DNA of 57,474 nt, from the IMG/VR virus record IMGVR_UViG_3300046777_000741, positions 1 through 57,474 of that record; one strand, given 5' to 3'. The notes under the pieces are model-generated. The model saw nothing but the letters and a program-made list of their open reading frames with translations. It did not search any database and was not told the origin of the DNA. Below are positions 42,802-52,652 of this stretch, one piece after another (the stretch's first letter is position 1; each line of letters begins with the position of its first letter). The position numbers and the translations under genes are program-made. Source of the stretch: a virus (lineage: Duplodnaviria > Caudoviricetes).

Positions 42802-43349
42802 TGCCTGCCAAGTCTCAAGCCCAGTTCCGCCTGATGAAGGCCGCGGAGAACAACCCGAAGTTTGCCAAGAAGGTCGGTATTCGTCCGGATGTGGCTGCTG
42901 AGTTCACCGACGCCAACAAGGGCAAGAAGGCGTATGGCAAGCTGCCAGAGAAGATGGCAGCCGGTGGTGGCTTGTACGCCAACATTCACGCCAAGCGTGA
43001 GCGCATTGCTGAGGGTTCTGGCGAGAAGATGCGAAAACCCGGATCTCCCGGGGCCCCCACGGAAAAGGCATTCAAGCAGGCCGCTAAGACCGCCAAGATG
43101 GCCAAGGGTGGGCCCAGCCTAGCGGTGGGGCGCGGCGAGAAGCTTCCTGCCGATCAAGGCGCTGGCCTGACCGCCAAGGGGCGGGCCAAGTACAACCGCG
43201 AGACGGGCTCGAATCTGAAGGCTCCGCAGCCTCAGGGTGGGGCTAGGCGCGATTCTTTCTGTGCCCGTATGGGTGCGATAGCTGAGAAGAGCGAAAAGGG
43301 CAGCAGATCCCGCGCCTCGATGAAGCGTTGGAATTGTCCGGGATGGTAA
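42801..43349 (+). CDS. Basic modular protein with two MAxGG motifs
   Basis: MPAKS.AQ.RLM module, GLYANIHAKR.R module, GL..KGR..NLK.P..RR.SFCARM..W.C module. Confidence 0.75.
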   Translation: MPAKSQAQFRLMKAAENNPKFAKKVGIRPDVAAEFTDANKGKKAYGKLPEKMAAGGGLYANIHAKRERIAEGSGEKMRKPGSPGAPTEKAFKQAAKTAKMAKGGPSLAVGRGEKLPADQGAGLTAKGRAKYNRETGSNLKAPQPQGGARRDSFCARMGAIAEKSEKGSRSRASMKRWNCPGW

Positions 43350-43358
43350 AGGAGCGAT

Positions 43359-44429
43359 ATGGCCTACTCTGACACTTACGGACAGGTCTACAACGTCCAG
43401 ACGCTCATCGATCATGGCGCTCGGCGCTGCGGCAAGCTGGCCGAGGAACTGACTTCTGAGCAGCTTTTGAGCGCCCGGGAGTCTCTTGGCTTCGTTTTGT
43501 CGAACCTGATCAACATCGGCATCCAATACTGGGCCGTCAAGAAGGATGTGATCGGCCTGACGCCCGAGAAGTACATCTACACCCTGCCCAACGGGTCGAA
43601 TGATGTGCTCAACGCCCTGTATCGCACGATGAATCGACCCTCTGGCAGCTACACCACGAGCGCCGGCGGCACTGTTGCCAACGTAGCGGACAACAGCATC
43701 AATACTTTTTGCCAGCAAACCTCGGCAAACGGCAATATTTCGGTCAATTTCGGCACCGATAACCCCATTTATGCCGGTTCGATCGGCCTGATGCCCTATA
43801 TCGCGGGTGGCGGGAGCGCCGCTTGGTCGCTGACGCTCGAATACTCGACCGATGGGGTCACTTGGAACACCCTGGATGACCTGGGGCAGGTTGCGGTGAC
43901 CGATAAACAGTGGATTTGGACGGATATTGACCCCGGTCAGAGCGTTCAATACTACCGAGTGCGAGCTTCTGGCGGCACCACGCTGGGTTTGCGCCAGTTT
44001 TATGTAGGAAACAACTCCCGCGAGATCACAATGTCCCGCCTGAACCGGGACGACTACACCAACCTGCCGAACAAAAACTTCACGGCCAACCAGCCGTACC
44101 AATTTTGGTTCAATCGGACGGTTCCGAACCCGGAAATCTACCTTTGGCCGACCCCGAGCGACCCGTTCGTGCAGATGACGGTCTGGTACAGCAGGCAGAT
44201 CATGGATGTGGGCGATCTGACCGACGAATTGCAGATTCCGCAGCGGTGGTACATGGCCGTGGTCTCGATGCTGGCTCACCAGATGAGCCTGGAACTGCCT
44301 GCCGTGCCCATGGATCGCGTGACCTACCTCGAAGGGCAGGCCGAGAAGTATCTGGCGCTGGCTGAGGTCGAGGAGCGCGACAAAAGTCCTGTGTACTTTG
44401 CGCCTAACATTTCTCCGTATACACGCTGA
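43359..44429 (+). CDS. Head-tail adaptor-like protein with inserted discoidin-like domain
   Basis: Helical N-terminus, LNRDDY.NLPNK..YLWPTP C-terminal part, inserted EYSTDG.TW..YYRV segment. Confidence 0.6.
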   Translation: MAYSDTYGQVYNVQTLIDHGARRCGKLAEELTSEQLLSARESLGFVLSNLINIGIQYWAVKKDVIGLTPEKYIYTLPNGSNDVLNALYRTMNRPSGSYTTSAGGTVANVADNSINTFCQQTSANGNISVNFGTDNPIYAGSIGLMPYIAGGGSAAWSLTLEYSTDGVTWNTLDDLGQVAVTDKQWIWTDIDPGQSVQYYRVRASGGTTLGLRQFYVGNNSREITMSRLNRDDYTNLPNKNFTANQPYQFWFNRTVPNPEIYLWPTPSDPFVQMTVWYSRQIMDVGDLTDELQIPQRWYMAVVSMLAHQMSLELPAVPMDRVTYLEGQAEKYLALAEVEERDKSPVYFAPNISPYTR

Positions 44430-44430
44430 A

Positions 44431-45066
44431 ATGATTCACGCGACATACGCTCATTACAAGCCTGATGGCTCGATGTTTTACATCGGCAAGGGCAGTATTC
44501 GCCGTGCGTACAGCAAGGCTGGGCGTAATGTTGTCTGGAATCGAACGGTAGAGAAGCATGGCGGCTTCAAGGTAGAGATTCTTGGCCGCTGGAGCACTGA
44601 GCAAGAGGCTTTTGACCACGAGATCTTCTTGATTGATACCATCAAAAAGATGGGCACCCCGCTGGTCAATATTTCTGATGGAGGTCGTGGATCTACGGGG
44701 TTTAGGCACACTGATGAGCACAGAGCCTTCAAGGCAAAGATGATGCTTGAGCGCAATCCAATGAGCAGGCCCGAGATTCGAGCCAAACAGCGCGAGGCGT
44801 TGCTGGTTGCCATGAATCGGCCTGACATCAAGCGACATCAAAGACTTGCCAGAATCGGGAAAAAGCTGTCAGAGTCCCATGTGGAGTCTCTGCGAAACTG
44901 CCATCCTATGAAGCCCTGCGTAGTCAACGGGGTTCAATACAAGTCCCTGATGGAGGCATCCAGAATGCTTGGAATCCGGCATGGAACGCTCTACCGTTGG
45001 CTGAACAACCCGGAGGTCAAGCACACCGGGAAATACGCCCACATCACTGAGTGCAGGTGGCTGTAA
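44431..45066 (+). mobile_element. Free-standing GIY-YIG homing endonuclease
   Basis: YAH.KPDG..FYIGKG..R, E..LI, LVN..DGG.G, C-terminal YKSL.EASR.LGI...TL..W HTH. Confidence 0.85.
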
Positions 45067-45407
45067 TGGGGATGTTTCTGGACACCATCGGCAACCAGTC
45101 TCTGGCCATTTTCATCTGTGATCGCTGCCGCATGAAGCGGGCGATGGATGAGCAGATGTCCGACCCCAATTTCCCGGGGTTGAAGGTATGCCAGCAGGGC
45201 TGCGCCGACCAGATAGATCCCTACCGGCTGCCCGCTCGTAAAACCGAGCGCATCAACCTGCGTTTTCCCCGTCCGGATGTCTCCGTGGCCGTAGACCCGA
45301 ACAACCTTGTGACGGACAATCAGGGCGACTACATCGTCTCCACCGAGGGCAATACCCAAGATCCGGAGAACAACGGCAACCTTGACGGAATTTCGGTGAC
45401 ACCATAA
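45066..45407 (+). CDS. Conserved Cys-containing virion-region protein
   Basis: ICDRC..LKVC..C.D..DP..L..PRPD motif. Confidence 0.7.
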   Translation: MGMFLDTIGNQSLAIFICDRCRMKRAMDEQMSDPNFPGLKVCQQGCADQIDPYRLPARKTERINLRFPRPDVSVAVDPNNLVTDNQGDYIVSTEGNTQDPENNGNLDGISVTP

Positions 45408-47401
45408 TGGCCAATCAAACCATCACCCAACTGCCGGATGCGGGCCCGATTCAGGGCAACGAGCTTGTCCCGATCGTCCAGAACGGCGGTACGGTCAAGA
45501 CCACCGCCTCCGCACTTGCTGGCTCTCCGGTTCAGACCCAGACCTTCCTGACTCAGGTCAACGAGCCGACCCTCAACAACAGCCGTTACCTCTCGACTGA
45601 CGCAAATCTGTCCATAACTGACGGCGGGGCGCAGTCTTTCCTGCGGATCAACCTCACTGGTGCTGCCGCCAGCCTAAATTCGGCCGGCAACGGCTTTGCG
45701 GTCAAGACCGGGCTGACCACGGTCGTCCCGCGCTCTATCACTGTCTCGACCTCGGGGCTGTCGATCACCAACGGCGATGGCGTCTCTGGCAACCCAGATC
45801 TGGCCCTGACGGGGCAGGTTTTGAGCCTTGCCAACGCCTCTGGCGCGGGCTTGGTGGCGCTGCCCAACAACGGCACCGTTGTCCCTCGATTTATCGTGGG
45901 CACGGCCAGCGAGATCGATGTAACCAACGGCAGTGGCGCAGCAGGCAACCCCACGATTGGGTTGTCCGACGATCCCGTCCTTCCCGGCTCTGGTGGTGTG
46001 CTGGTTCCCACTGGGAATACCGCTTCCCGCCCTGCCCTGCCTACCAATGGCCTGCTGCGCTACAACAGCCAGACCCAGACCTTCGAAGGCTATGCCAACG
46101 GTAGCTGGGGCTCTATTGCCGCGGGGGTGGGCGTTACCTCGGTCGGGCTGGTCATGCCGGCTCAGTTCACCGTCACGAACTCCCCGGTCACTTCTACCGG
46201 CGATCTGACAGCAGCATGGGCCTCGCAGGCCGCCAATCGCATTCTGGCGGCCCCGGATGGCACCTCCGGCGTCCCGACCTTCCGGGCGATGGTCAACGCC
46301 GATCTGCCGGCCTCTGGAGTCACCCCCAATACCTACGGCTCGACCACCGCCATCCCGGTCATCACGGTCAACGACAAGGGCGTGATCACCAGCGTGACCA
46401 CAGCGGGCATCGTCGGCGGGCTGGACTACAAGGGCGGCTGGAACGCCTCCACGAACACCCCGACCCTCGCCTCGGGCGTCGGCGTCAACGGCAACTACTA
46501 CGTTGTAACTACTGCTGGCAGCACGAACCTTGACGGGATCACGGACTGGCAGATTGGTGACTGGGCGATCTTCAACGGGACAACGTGGCAGAAGATCGAC
46601 CAGACGAACACGGTAACTTCGGTCAATGGACAGACTGGTGCGGTTAGCCTGACCTATAGCGATGTAGGGGCTCCGAGTACCGCTGGCACGAACGCCACGG
46701 GAACCTGGGCGATTAACATCTCTGGCAACGCCGCAACGGCCACCAGCGCCACTTCTGCGACCTCGGCCACCTCGGCTACCACCGCGACCAATCTGGCCGG
46801 CGGTACGGCCTACCAGATCCCCTACCAGACGGGGGCTGGAGCGACTAGCTTTATCACCGCTCCGGTGACGGCTGGGCACTACCTGAAGTGGACTGGATCG
46901 GCTTTCGAGTGGAACGTGGCCGGAACTGGCACCGTGACCTCCGTGGACGTATCCGGGGGTACTACCGGCCTGACGACCTCTGGCGGCCCGATCACCTCCT
47001 CGGGCACGATCACCCTGGCCGGCACTCTGATTCCGGCCAACGGCGGCACCGGCATCAGCAGCTACGCCGTGGGCGACTTGCTTTTTGCTAACACCACCAC
47101 AACGCTGGACAAGCTGACGGTCGGCACTAATGGATACCTGCTGGCCTCCAACGGCACTGCGCCGGCATACGTTGATCCGGCTGGTGTCACTGTCGGGACG
47201 GCGACCACCGCAACTACGGCGACCACGGCCACGAACGCTACCAACGTGGCCACCACCGCCACGGCAACCAACGCCAACTTCTACATCCCCTTTGTGGCGG
47301 CCTCGACAACAGGCAATCAGGCGCTTGGTGTAGACGCAGGGCTTTCTTACAATCCATCAACTGATGCCATTACCAGCGGCATTTCTGGAGGAACCTTCTA
47401 A
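45407..47401 (+). CDS. Tail fibre protein
   Basis: ITQLP N-terminus; G..GNP repeats, RYN..FEGY, YKG.WNA.TN.P.L, VTSVNGQTGAV and TATTAT repeats. Confidence 0.8.
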   Translation: MANQTITQLPDAGPIQGNELVPIVQNGGTVKTTASALAGSPVQTQTFLTQVNEPTLNNSRYLSTDANLSITDGGAQSFLRINLTGAAASLNSAGNGFAVKTGLTTVVPRSITVSTSGLSITNGDGVSGNPDLALTGQVLSLANASGAGLVALPNNGTVVPRFIVGTASEIDVTNGSGAAGNPTIGLSDDPVLPGSGGVLVPTGNTASRPALPTNGLLRYNSQTQTFEGYANGSWGSIAAGVGVTSVGLVMPAQFTVTNSPVTSTGDLTAAWASQAANRILAAPDGTSGVPTFRAMVNADLPASGVTPNTYGSTTAIPVITVNDKGVITSVTTAGIVGGLDYKGGWNASTNTPTLASGVGVNGNYYVVTTAGSTNLDGITDWQIGDWAIFNGTTWQKIDQTNTVTSVNGQTGAVSLTYSDVGAPSTAGTNATGTWAINISGNAATATSATSATSATSATTATNLAGGTAYQIPYQTGAGATSFITAPVTAGHYLKWTGSAFEWNVAGTGTVTSVDVSGGTTGLTTSGGPITSSGTITLAGTLIPANGGTGISSYAVGDLLFANTTTTLDKLTVGTNGYLLASNGTAPAYVDPAGVTVGTATTATTATTATNATNVATTATATNANFYIPFVAASTTGNQALGVDAGLSYNPSTDAITSGISGGTF

Positions 47402-47874
47402 TGCCTCAGACCGGATATACCCCGATCAAGCTGTACTACAGCACCACGCCGACCAATGCTCCGACCGCGGGCAATTTGGTCGATGGTGAGCTTGCGATTA
47501 ATACCGCTGACGGCAAGCTGTTCTACAAGGACAGCGGCGGCGCAGTCCAGACAATCGCCACCAAGGCAGGTGCCAACGGTGATGTGGTTGGGCCCGCATC
47601 GGCTACGGATAGCGCCCTTGCTGCATTCGATGGCACTACGGGCAAACTAATTAAGCAGGCCGGCACTGTCACGGTCGCTCAGGGTGGTACGGGTGGAACG
47701 TCTTTCACGGCCAATAACGTGCTGCTGGGTAACGGAACATCGGCTTTCCAAGTGGTGGCCCCGGGCACTGCTGGAAACGTCCTGACCTCCAACGGAACCA
47801 CTTGGCAGTCAACGGCCCCGACCGGCGCCAGCAAGGGTCAGGCCATCGCTTTTTCACTTATTTTTGGCCTGTAA
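47401..47874 (+). CDS. Short tail fibre protein
   Basis: L.DGELAINTADGKLFYKD motif, GGTG repeat, G.VLTSNG..W. Confidence 0.7.
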   Translation: MPQTGYTPIKLYYSTTPTNAPTAGNLVDGELAINTADGKLFYKDSGGAVQTIATKAGANGDVVGPASATDSALAAFDGTTGKLIKQAGTVTVAQGGTGGTSFTANNVLLGNGTSAFQVVAPGTAGNVLTSNGTTWQSTAPTGASKGQAIAFSLIFGL

Positions 47875-47883
47875 GGAGAAACC

Positions 47884-48261
47884 ATGGCTAACCCGAATAT
47901 CGTCAACGTCACTGCGATTTATGGCAACTCTTCGCAGACTTCCCTGACCACTACAAGCGCCACCAGCTTGGTGAGCAATGCTGCTGCAAGCGGCAAGGTC
48001 TTCAAGATCAATTCGATCGTGGTGGCCAACGTGGATGGAACTTCTGCGGCAGATATCACCATCAACATCTACAGCCAAGCGGCGCTCGGTGGCACGGCGT
48101 ATCCGATCGCCTCGACCATCTCCGTGCCGGCAGATGCCTCCCTGATCGTTACCGACAAGACGACCAGCTTCTATCTGCTGGAGAACCAGTCAATTGGTGC
48201 GACGGCAGGTTCGGCAAGTGATCTGGTGGTCAACTGCTCTTGGGAAGAGATCAACAGCTAA
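47884..48261 (+). CDS. Tail-associated beta-sandwich protein
   Basis: MANPNIVNV.., SI.VANVDG, S.EEI C-terminus. Confidence 0.65.
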   Translation: MANPNIVNVTAIYGNSSQTSLTTTSATSLVSNAAASGKVFKINSIVVANVDGTSAADITINIYSQAALGGTAYPIASTISVPADASLIVTDKTTSFYLLENQSIGATAGSASDLVVNCSWEEINS

Positions 48262-48273
48262 TAGGAGGGCTAA

Positions 48274-50529
48274 ATGCCGCTTCGTCCTCCTGCCGGTTTT
48301 ATTCGACCCGGCTATGACCCGCTGAAGGTTCCCAACGCCCCGACTAGCGTCACCGCTACCGCCGGCACATCTGAGGCGTCTGTTGCGTTTACCGCTCCCA
48401 CAAACGTGGGCGGCAGCGCCATCACGAACTACTACGCCGTCTCTAGCCCCGGTGGTTTTGTGGGGTCAAGCGCCACCTCGCCGATCACGGTAACTGGTCT
48501 GACTAACGGCACGGCTTACACCTTCACGGTCTTTGCTGAGAACAGTTTTGGCCCGGGCGTTGTGAGCGCGGCAAGCAACTCGGTTACTCCGCAGAACTTG
48601 TATGTCGAAGATGTTTTTTCGACATACCTTTACAACGGGAACGGCGCTCCCAACACCATCAACAACGGGATAGACCTCGCTGGCAAGGGCGGCATGGTTT
48701 GGGCAAAAGCCAGAACTCTAAGTGGCGGTACAACGGTTTATGGCACAGGAAGCAACATCCTGTACGACACAAATCGAGGAATTAACTCAGCCATCTCATC
48801 AAACAGAAATAACGCTGCTGACACTCAATCAGGACACCTGACAGCATTTAACAGCAACGGTTTTTCTCTTGCGGGGAACTGGGAGCCCAACGAATTTGGT
48901 TACCCTTATGTCTCTTGGACATTCCGCGAGCAGCCGAAGTTCTTTGATGTGGTGACGTATACGGGGAATGGAATCGGCCCTCGTGCTATAGCGCACAACT
49001 TAGGATCTGCGCCCGGTTGCATCATTGTCAAAAAGACAAGCGCGACTCAAAATTGGGCGGTATATCACCGAAGCGTTGGCACTTCTCAATGGTTAATTCT
49101 TAACTCAACATCAGCGGCGATTACTCAATCTGTTTGGGGCGATACAACTCCAACCAGCACAAATTTTTACGTTAGCGACACGCAAGACACTAATGGTTCT
49201 GGGCAAACTTATGTCGCCTACCTCTTCGCCCACGATGCAGGAGGCTTTGGCGCGTCAGGTTCGGACAACGTGATCACCTGCGGCAGTTTTACTGTCAACG
49301 CAAGTAACGTCGGTCAAGTTGTTACTCTGGGATATGAGCCGCAATTTATTCTTCTTAAATCATCCGGGCCTGATGCGACCAACTGGGAGATTTTTGACAA
49401 TATGCGTGGCATGCCTTTGCCACCAGAAAGCTCGGCAGTTTTATACCCAAATCAAAGTGCCGCAGAGGGCGGTAGTGAAATAAGTATCAGCGCAACCGGT
49501 TTTCAGTATAACGGTTTTGCTTCCAATACCTACATCTACATCGCCATCCGTCGCGGCCCGATGAAGACGCCGACGAGCGGGACGAGTGTTTTCTTCCCGC
49601 AGGCATACGCCGACATTAGCCTTGGTACAAGCAACCCAACTACCTTGGGAGCAAGTGCCGGGTTCCCTGTTGACTTCTTCATGCACTCTATCCGCACAGA
49701 CCCGACGTTCTGCGCGAATATCTTTGATAGGCTGCGTGGATCAAACCCCGCGCTCCTAACATCTTCCACAGCCGCTGAAGATACAGGGGAGCCGCTGAAC
49801 GGATACAGCAACGCCTTTGACACTATGTCTGGCGTCAAGTCGGCGTATAACAACAGGTACTACTACTACAGTTCCGCAGCAGGCACACGCAGTCATATTG
49901 GCTGGTTCATGCGCCGCGCTCCATCATTCATGGATGTGGTCTGTTACACGGGGACGGGTTCTGCTCGCACAGTAAATCACAACTTGGGTGTTGCGCCTGA
50001 GTTGATGATTGTCAAGAACAGACCAAATCCTGCCTCATGGGCTGTTTACTCTCCAATTGGGGCGACAAAAGTCCTGACATTAAACACAACAAATGCCGAG
50101 ACAACTTTTTCAGGTTCTTGGAACAACACCGCTCCCACTGCGTCTGTTTTTACTGTCGGAACAGCTACAGGAACTAACGGGTCTGGTGTTAATTACGTTG
50201 CCTATCTCTTCGCCTCCTGCCCCGGAGTGAGCAAGGTCGGCACTTACACAGGAACAGGCACAACGCAACAGATCAACTGCGGCTTCACAGCCGGAGCGCG
50301 ATTCGTTCTTATCAAGCGCACGGACAGCACGGGCGACTGGTACGTCTGGGATAGCGCACGGGGCATCGTGGCAGGTGACGACCCGTACCTCCTGCTCAAC
50401 TCTACCGCCGCTGAAGTCACAAACACTGATTACGTTGACACCTACTCGGCTGGTTTTGAGATCAGCAGCACCGCGCCTGCGGCGATCAACGCAAACGGCG
50501 GAACATTTATTTTCTTGGCAATTGCCTGA
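48274..50529 (+). CDS. Tail fibre / receptor-binding protein with N-terminal FN3 domain
   Basis: FN3 (P.AP..TGLTNGTAYTFTV.A.N..G) followed by repeated F....YTG.G..HNLG..P..IIVK..W...N....Y.A modules. Confidence 0.75.
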   Translation: MPLRPPAGFIRPGYDPLKVPNAPTSVTATAGTSEASVAFTAPTNVGGSAITNYYAVSSPGGFVGSSATSPITVTGLTNGTAYTFTVFAENSFGPGVVSAASNSVTPQNLYVEDVFSTYLYNGNGAPNTINNGIDLAGKGGMVWAKARTLSGGTTVYGTGSNILYDTNRGINSAISSNRNNAADTQSGHLTAFNSNGFSLAGNWEPNEFGYPYVSWTFREQPKFFDVVTYTGNGIGPRAIAHNLGSAPGCIIVKKTSATQNWAVYHRSVGTSQWLILNSTSAAITQSVWGDTTPTSTNFYVSDTQDTNGSGQTYVAYLFAHDAGGFGASGSDNVITCGSFTVNASNVGQVVTLGYEPQFILLKSSGPDATNWEIFDNMRGMPLPPESSAVLYPNQSAAEGGSEISISATGFQYNGFASNTYIYIAIRRGPMKTPTSGTSVFFPQAYADISLGTSNPTTLGASAGFPVDFFMHSIRTDPTFCANIFDRLRGSNPALLTSSTAAEDTGEPLNGYSNAFDTMSGVKSAYNNRYYYYSSAAGTRSHIGWFMRRAPSFMDVVCYTGTGSARTVNHNLGVAPELMIVKNRPNPASWAVYSPIGATKVLTLNTTNAETTFSGSWNNTAPTASVFTVGTATGTNGSGVNYVAYLFASCPGVSKVGTYTGTGTTQQINCGFTAGARFVLIKRTDSTGDWYVWDSARGIVAGDDPYLLLNSTAAEVTNTDYVDTYSAGFEISSTAPAAINANGGTFIFLAIA

Positions 50530-50540
50530 GGAGAGACAAC

Positions 50541-51044
50541 ATGGAAATCAGACTTCGCACCAACGGCGTGGTTATGCTGGAGAACGAATGGCGCAACTAC
50601 ATCTTCAAGCAAACGGGCAAGCTATTTGGCCAGTTGGATGAGGCTACGATCAACAGCTTCGAGTCCGATGTGGTCTTCGAGGGGCCTCAGGCTACTGGTG
50701 GCACTGTGTATCAATACTCCATTCGTAACGGCATCGAGCAAGGCGATGACGGCAAGTGGTACACCAAGTACATCCTCGGCCCCATCTTCGTCGATCGTGT
50801 CAATGATGAAGGCAACTTCGTCAGCGCCGCCGAGCAGGAAGCTCAATACAAAGCCCAAAAGGATGCTGATCAAGCCAAGGCTGTTCGTGAGCGGCGCAAT
50901 AAAATGCTGGCTGACTGCGACTGGACGCAACTGGCTGATTCTCCGGTCGATAAGGCTAAGTGGGCTGTCCACCGCCAAGCCCTTAGGGACATCACGGCGC
51001 AAGCTGGTTTCCCTTGGAACGTGCAGTGGCCCACCGTTGATTGA
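50541..51044 (+). CDS. Tail fibre assembly chaperone
   Basis: VR.RRN.ML..CDWTQL.D..W..RQALRDI..FP....WP. Confidence 0.85.
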   Translation: MEIRLRTNGVVMLENEWRNYIFKQTGKLFGQLDEATINSFESDVVFEGPQATGGTVYQYSIRNGIEQGDDGKWYTKYILGPIFVDRVNDEGNFVSAAEQEAQYKAQKDADQAKAVRERRNKMLADCDWTQLADSPVDKAKWAVHRQALRDITAQAGFPWNVQWPTVD

Positions 51045-51056
51045 TAGGGGCCCCTG

Positions 51057-52649
51057 ATGCCGACCTATTCTGGTATTTGGACTCTCCCAGCGCAGATGCA
51101 GGCGCTGGCTGCTGGCAACTGGCCTGTAAACGGCCCGTTTCCGGTCGTGCAGACCTTTACATCTTCTGGCACGTGGACTTGCCCGGCTGGCGTCACCGAG
51201 GTTGAATACCTTGTAGTGGCCGCGGGCGGCGGTGGCGGTTGGGGTGGTGGCGGAGCCGGTGGATTTCGGACGGGAACTGGGTTGGCAGTAACCGCTGGAA
51301 CTGATTACACGGTCACAGTTGGCGGCGGTGGGTCGGCTGGTAATTCCGGTGCTAACGGGGTCAATGGCACGAATAGTGTGTTTAGCTCCATCACTTCTAC
51401 TGGTGGTGGTTATGGCTCCCGTACGGGTACGACCGCCGCTGGCGGCAATGGTGGTTCTGGTGGCGGCTCCGGTGGTGGCTCCAGTGGCGGGACTGCTGTT
51501 TCAGGCCAAGGAAATGTCGGCGGATCATCTGGGTTTACTAGCGTTTTCGTGGGTGGCGCTGGTGGCGGCGGTGCTGGTGCTGCTGGTGAGTCTGACCTGT
51601 CTAGTGGTTTTGAAAATGGTCGAGAGGGCGGCGTAGGACTGTCCTCTTCTATTTCTGGCGCTTCCGCTTTTTACGCTGGCGGTGGCGGTGGAGGATCTTC
51701 CGGTAATGCTGGAGGCGTAGGGGGCACTGGCGGTGGTGGCGCTGGCGGGAAGAGCGGCGGAACCACCGGAACTGCTGGCACTGCGAATACTGGCGGCGGG
51801 GGTGGAGGTGGTGGCGGTTCGCCATCCGTATCTGGCGGTGCGGGCGGCTCGGGCATCGTAATTATTAAATACTACGTCCCTGCCCAGTCTACGTTTGTCT
51901 TTAAATCCTCGACTAAGTGGGTAGCCCCTGCTGGCGCAACTACTGTTGACTATCTGGTGGTAGCTGGTGGTGGTGGCGGTGGTAGAGGCCGAGGCGGTGG
52001 CGGCGGTGCTGGTGGATTTAGAACTGGTACAGGTTTATCTATAACAGCAGGTACTGAATACACCATCACAGTCGGTGGCGGCGGCGCTGGGGGCCCATCG
52101 ACCGACACAGTTGGTAGTACTGGCTCAAACTCCGTTTTTTCTTCGATCACCTCTAATGGAGGTGGCGGTGGTGGGACATATAACGGTGTGGACGGACTCT
52201 CCGGGGGTTCTGGCGGTGGCGGTGGTGGAGGAGTTAGCAACGATGCCAACGGTGGCGCGGGTAACACCCCAAGCACCTCGCCTTCTCAAGGAAGCAGCGG
52301 CGGCTCAACCCCAAATGCGGGGAACATAGTCAACGGTGCTGGCGGGGGCGGTGCTAGTGCGGTTGGTTCAAGCGTTGTAGCGCCTAGTTATCTTTGTGGT
52401 AATGGCGGCGCGGGGACTGCTTCTAGTATCAGCGGTTCATCGGTAACTTATGCTGGCGGCGGAGGCGGTGGCGGAGATGGCCCCGCACCGGCTGGGGCTG
52501 GTGGTTCTGGCGGCGGTGGAAACGGTTCGGTGGGCGGTGCTGCATCGTCTGGAACTGCAAATACTGGCGGTGGCGGTGGCGGTTCTATTTTTGACGCAGC
52601 CTCTGGCGCAGGCGGTTCGGGTATCGTCATCATCAAGATCACGGGGTAA
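51057..52649 (+). CDS. Gly-rich adhesin-like protein (two tandem domains)
   Basis: Two copies of F.SS..W..P.G...V.YLVV.GGGGG..ANTGGGGGG..GGSGIVII. Confidence 0.8.
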   Translation: MPTYSGIWTLPAQMQALAAGNWPVNGPFPVVQTFTSSGTWTCPAGVTEVEYLVVAAGGGGGWGGGGAGGFRTGTGLAVTAGTDYTVTVGGGGSAGNSGANGVNGTNSVFSSITSTGGGYGSRTGTTAAGGNGGSGGGSGGGSSGGTAVSGQGNVGGSSGFTSVFVGGAGGGGAGAAGESDLSSGFENGREGGVGLSSSISGASAFYAGGGGGGSSGNAGGVGGTGGGGAGGKSGGTTGTAGTANTGGGGGGGGGSPSVSGGAGGSGIVIIKYYVPAQSTFVFKSSTKWVAPAGATTVDYLVVAGGGGGGRGRGGGGGAGGFRTGTGLSITAGTEYTITVGGGGAGGPSTDTVGSTGSNSVFSSITSNGGGGGGTYNGVDGLSGGSGGGGGGGVSNDANGGAGNTPSTSPSQGSSGGSTPNAGNIVNGAGGGGASAVGSSVVAPSYLCGNGGAGTASSISGSSVTYAGGGGGGGDGPAPAGAGGSGGGGNGSVGGAASSGTANTGGGGGGSIFDAASGAGGSGIVIIKITG

Positions 52650-52652
52650 ACA

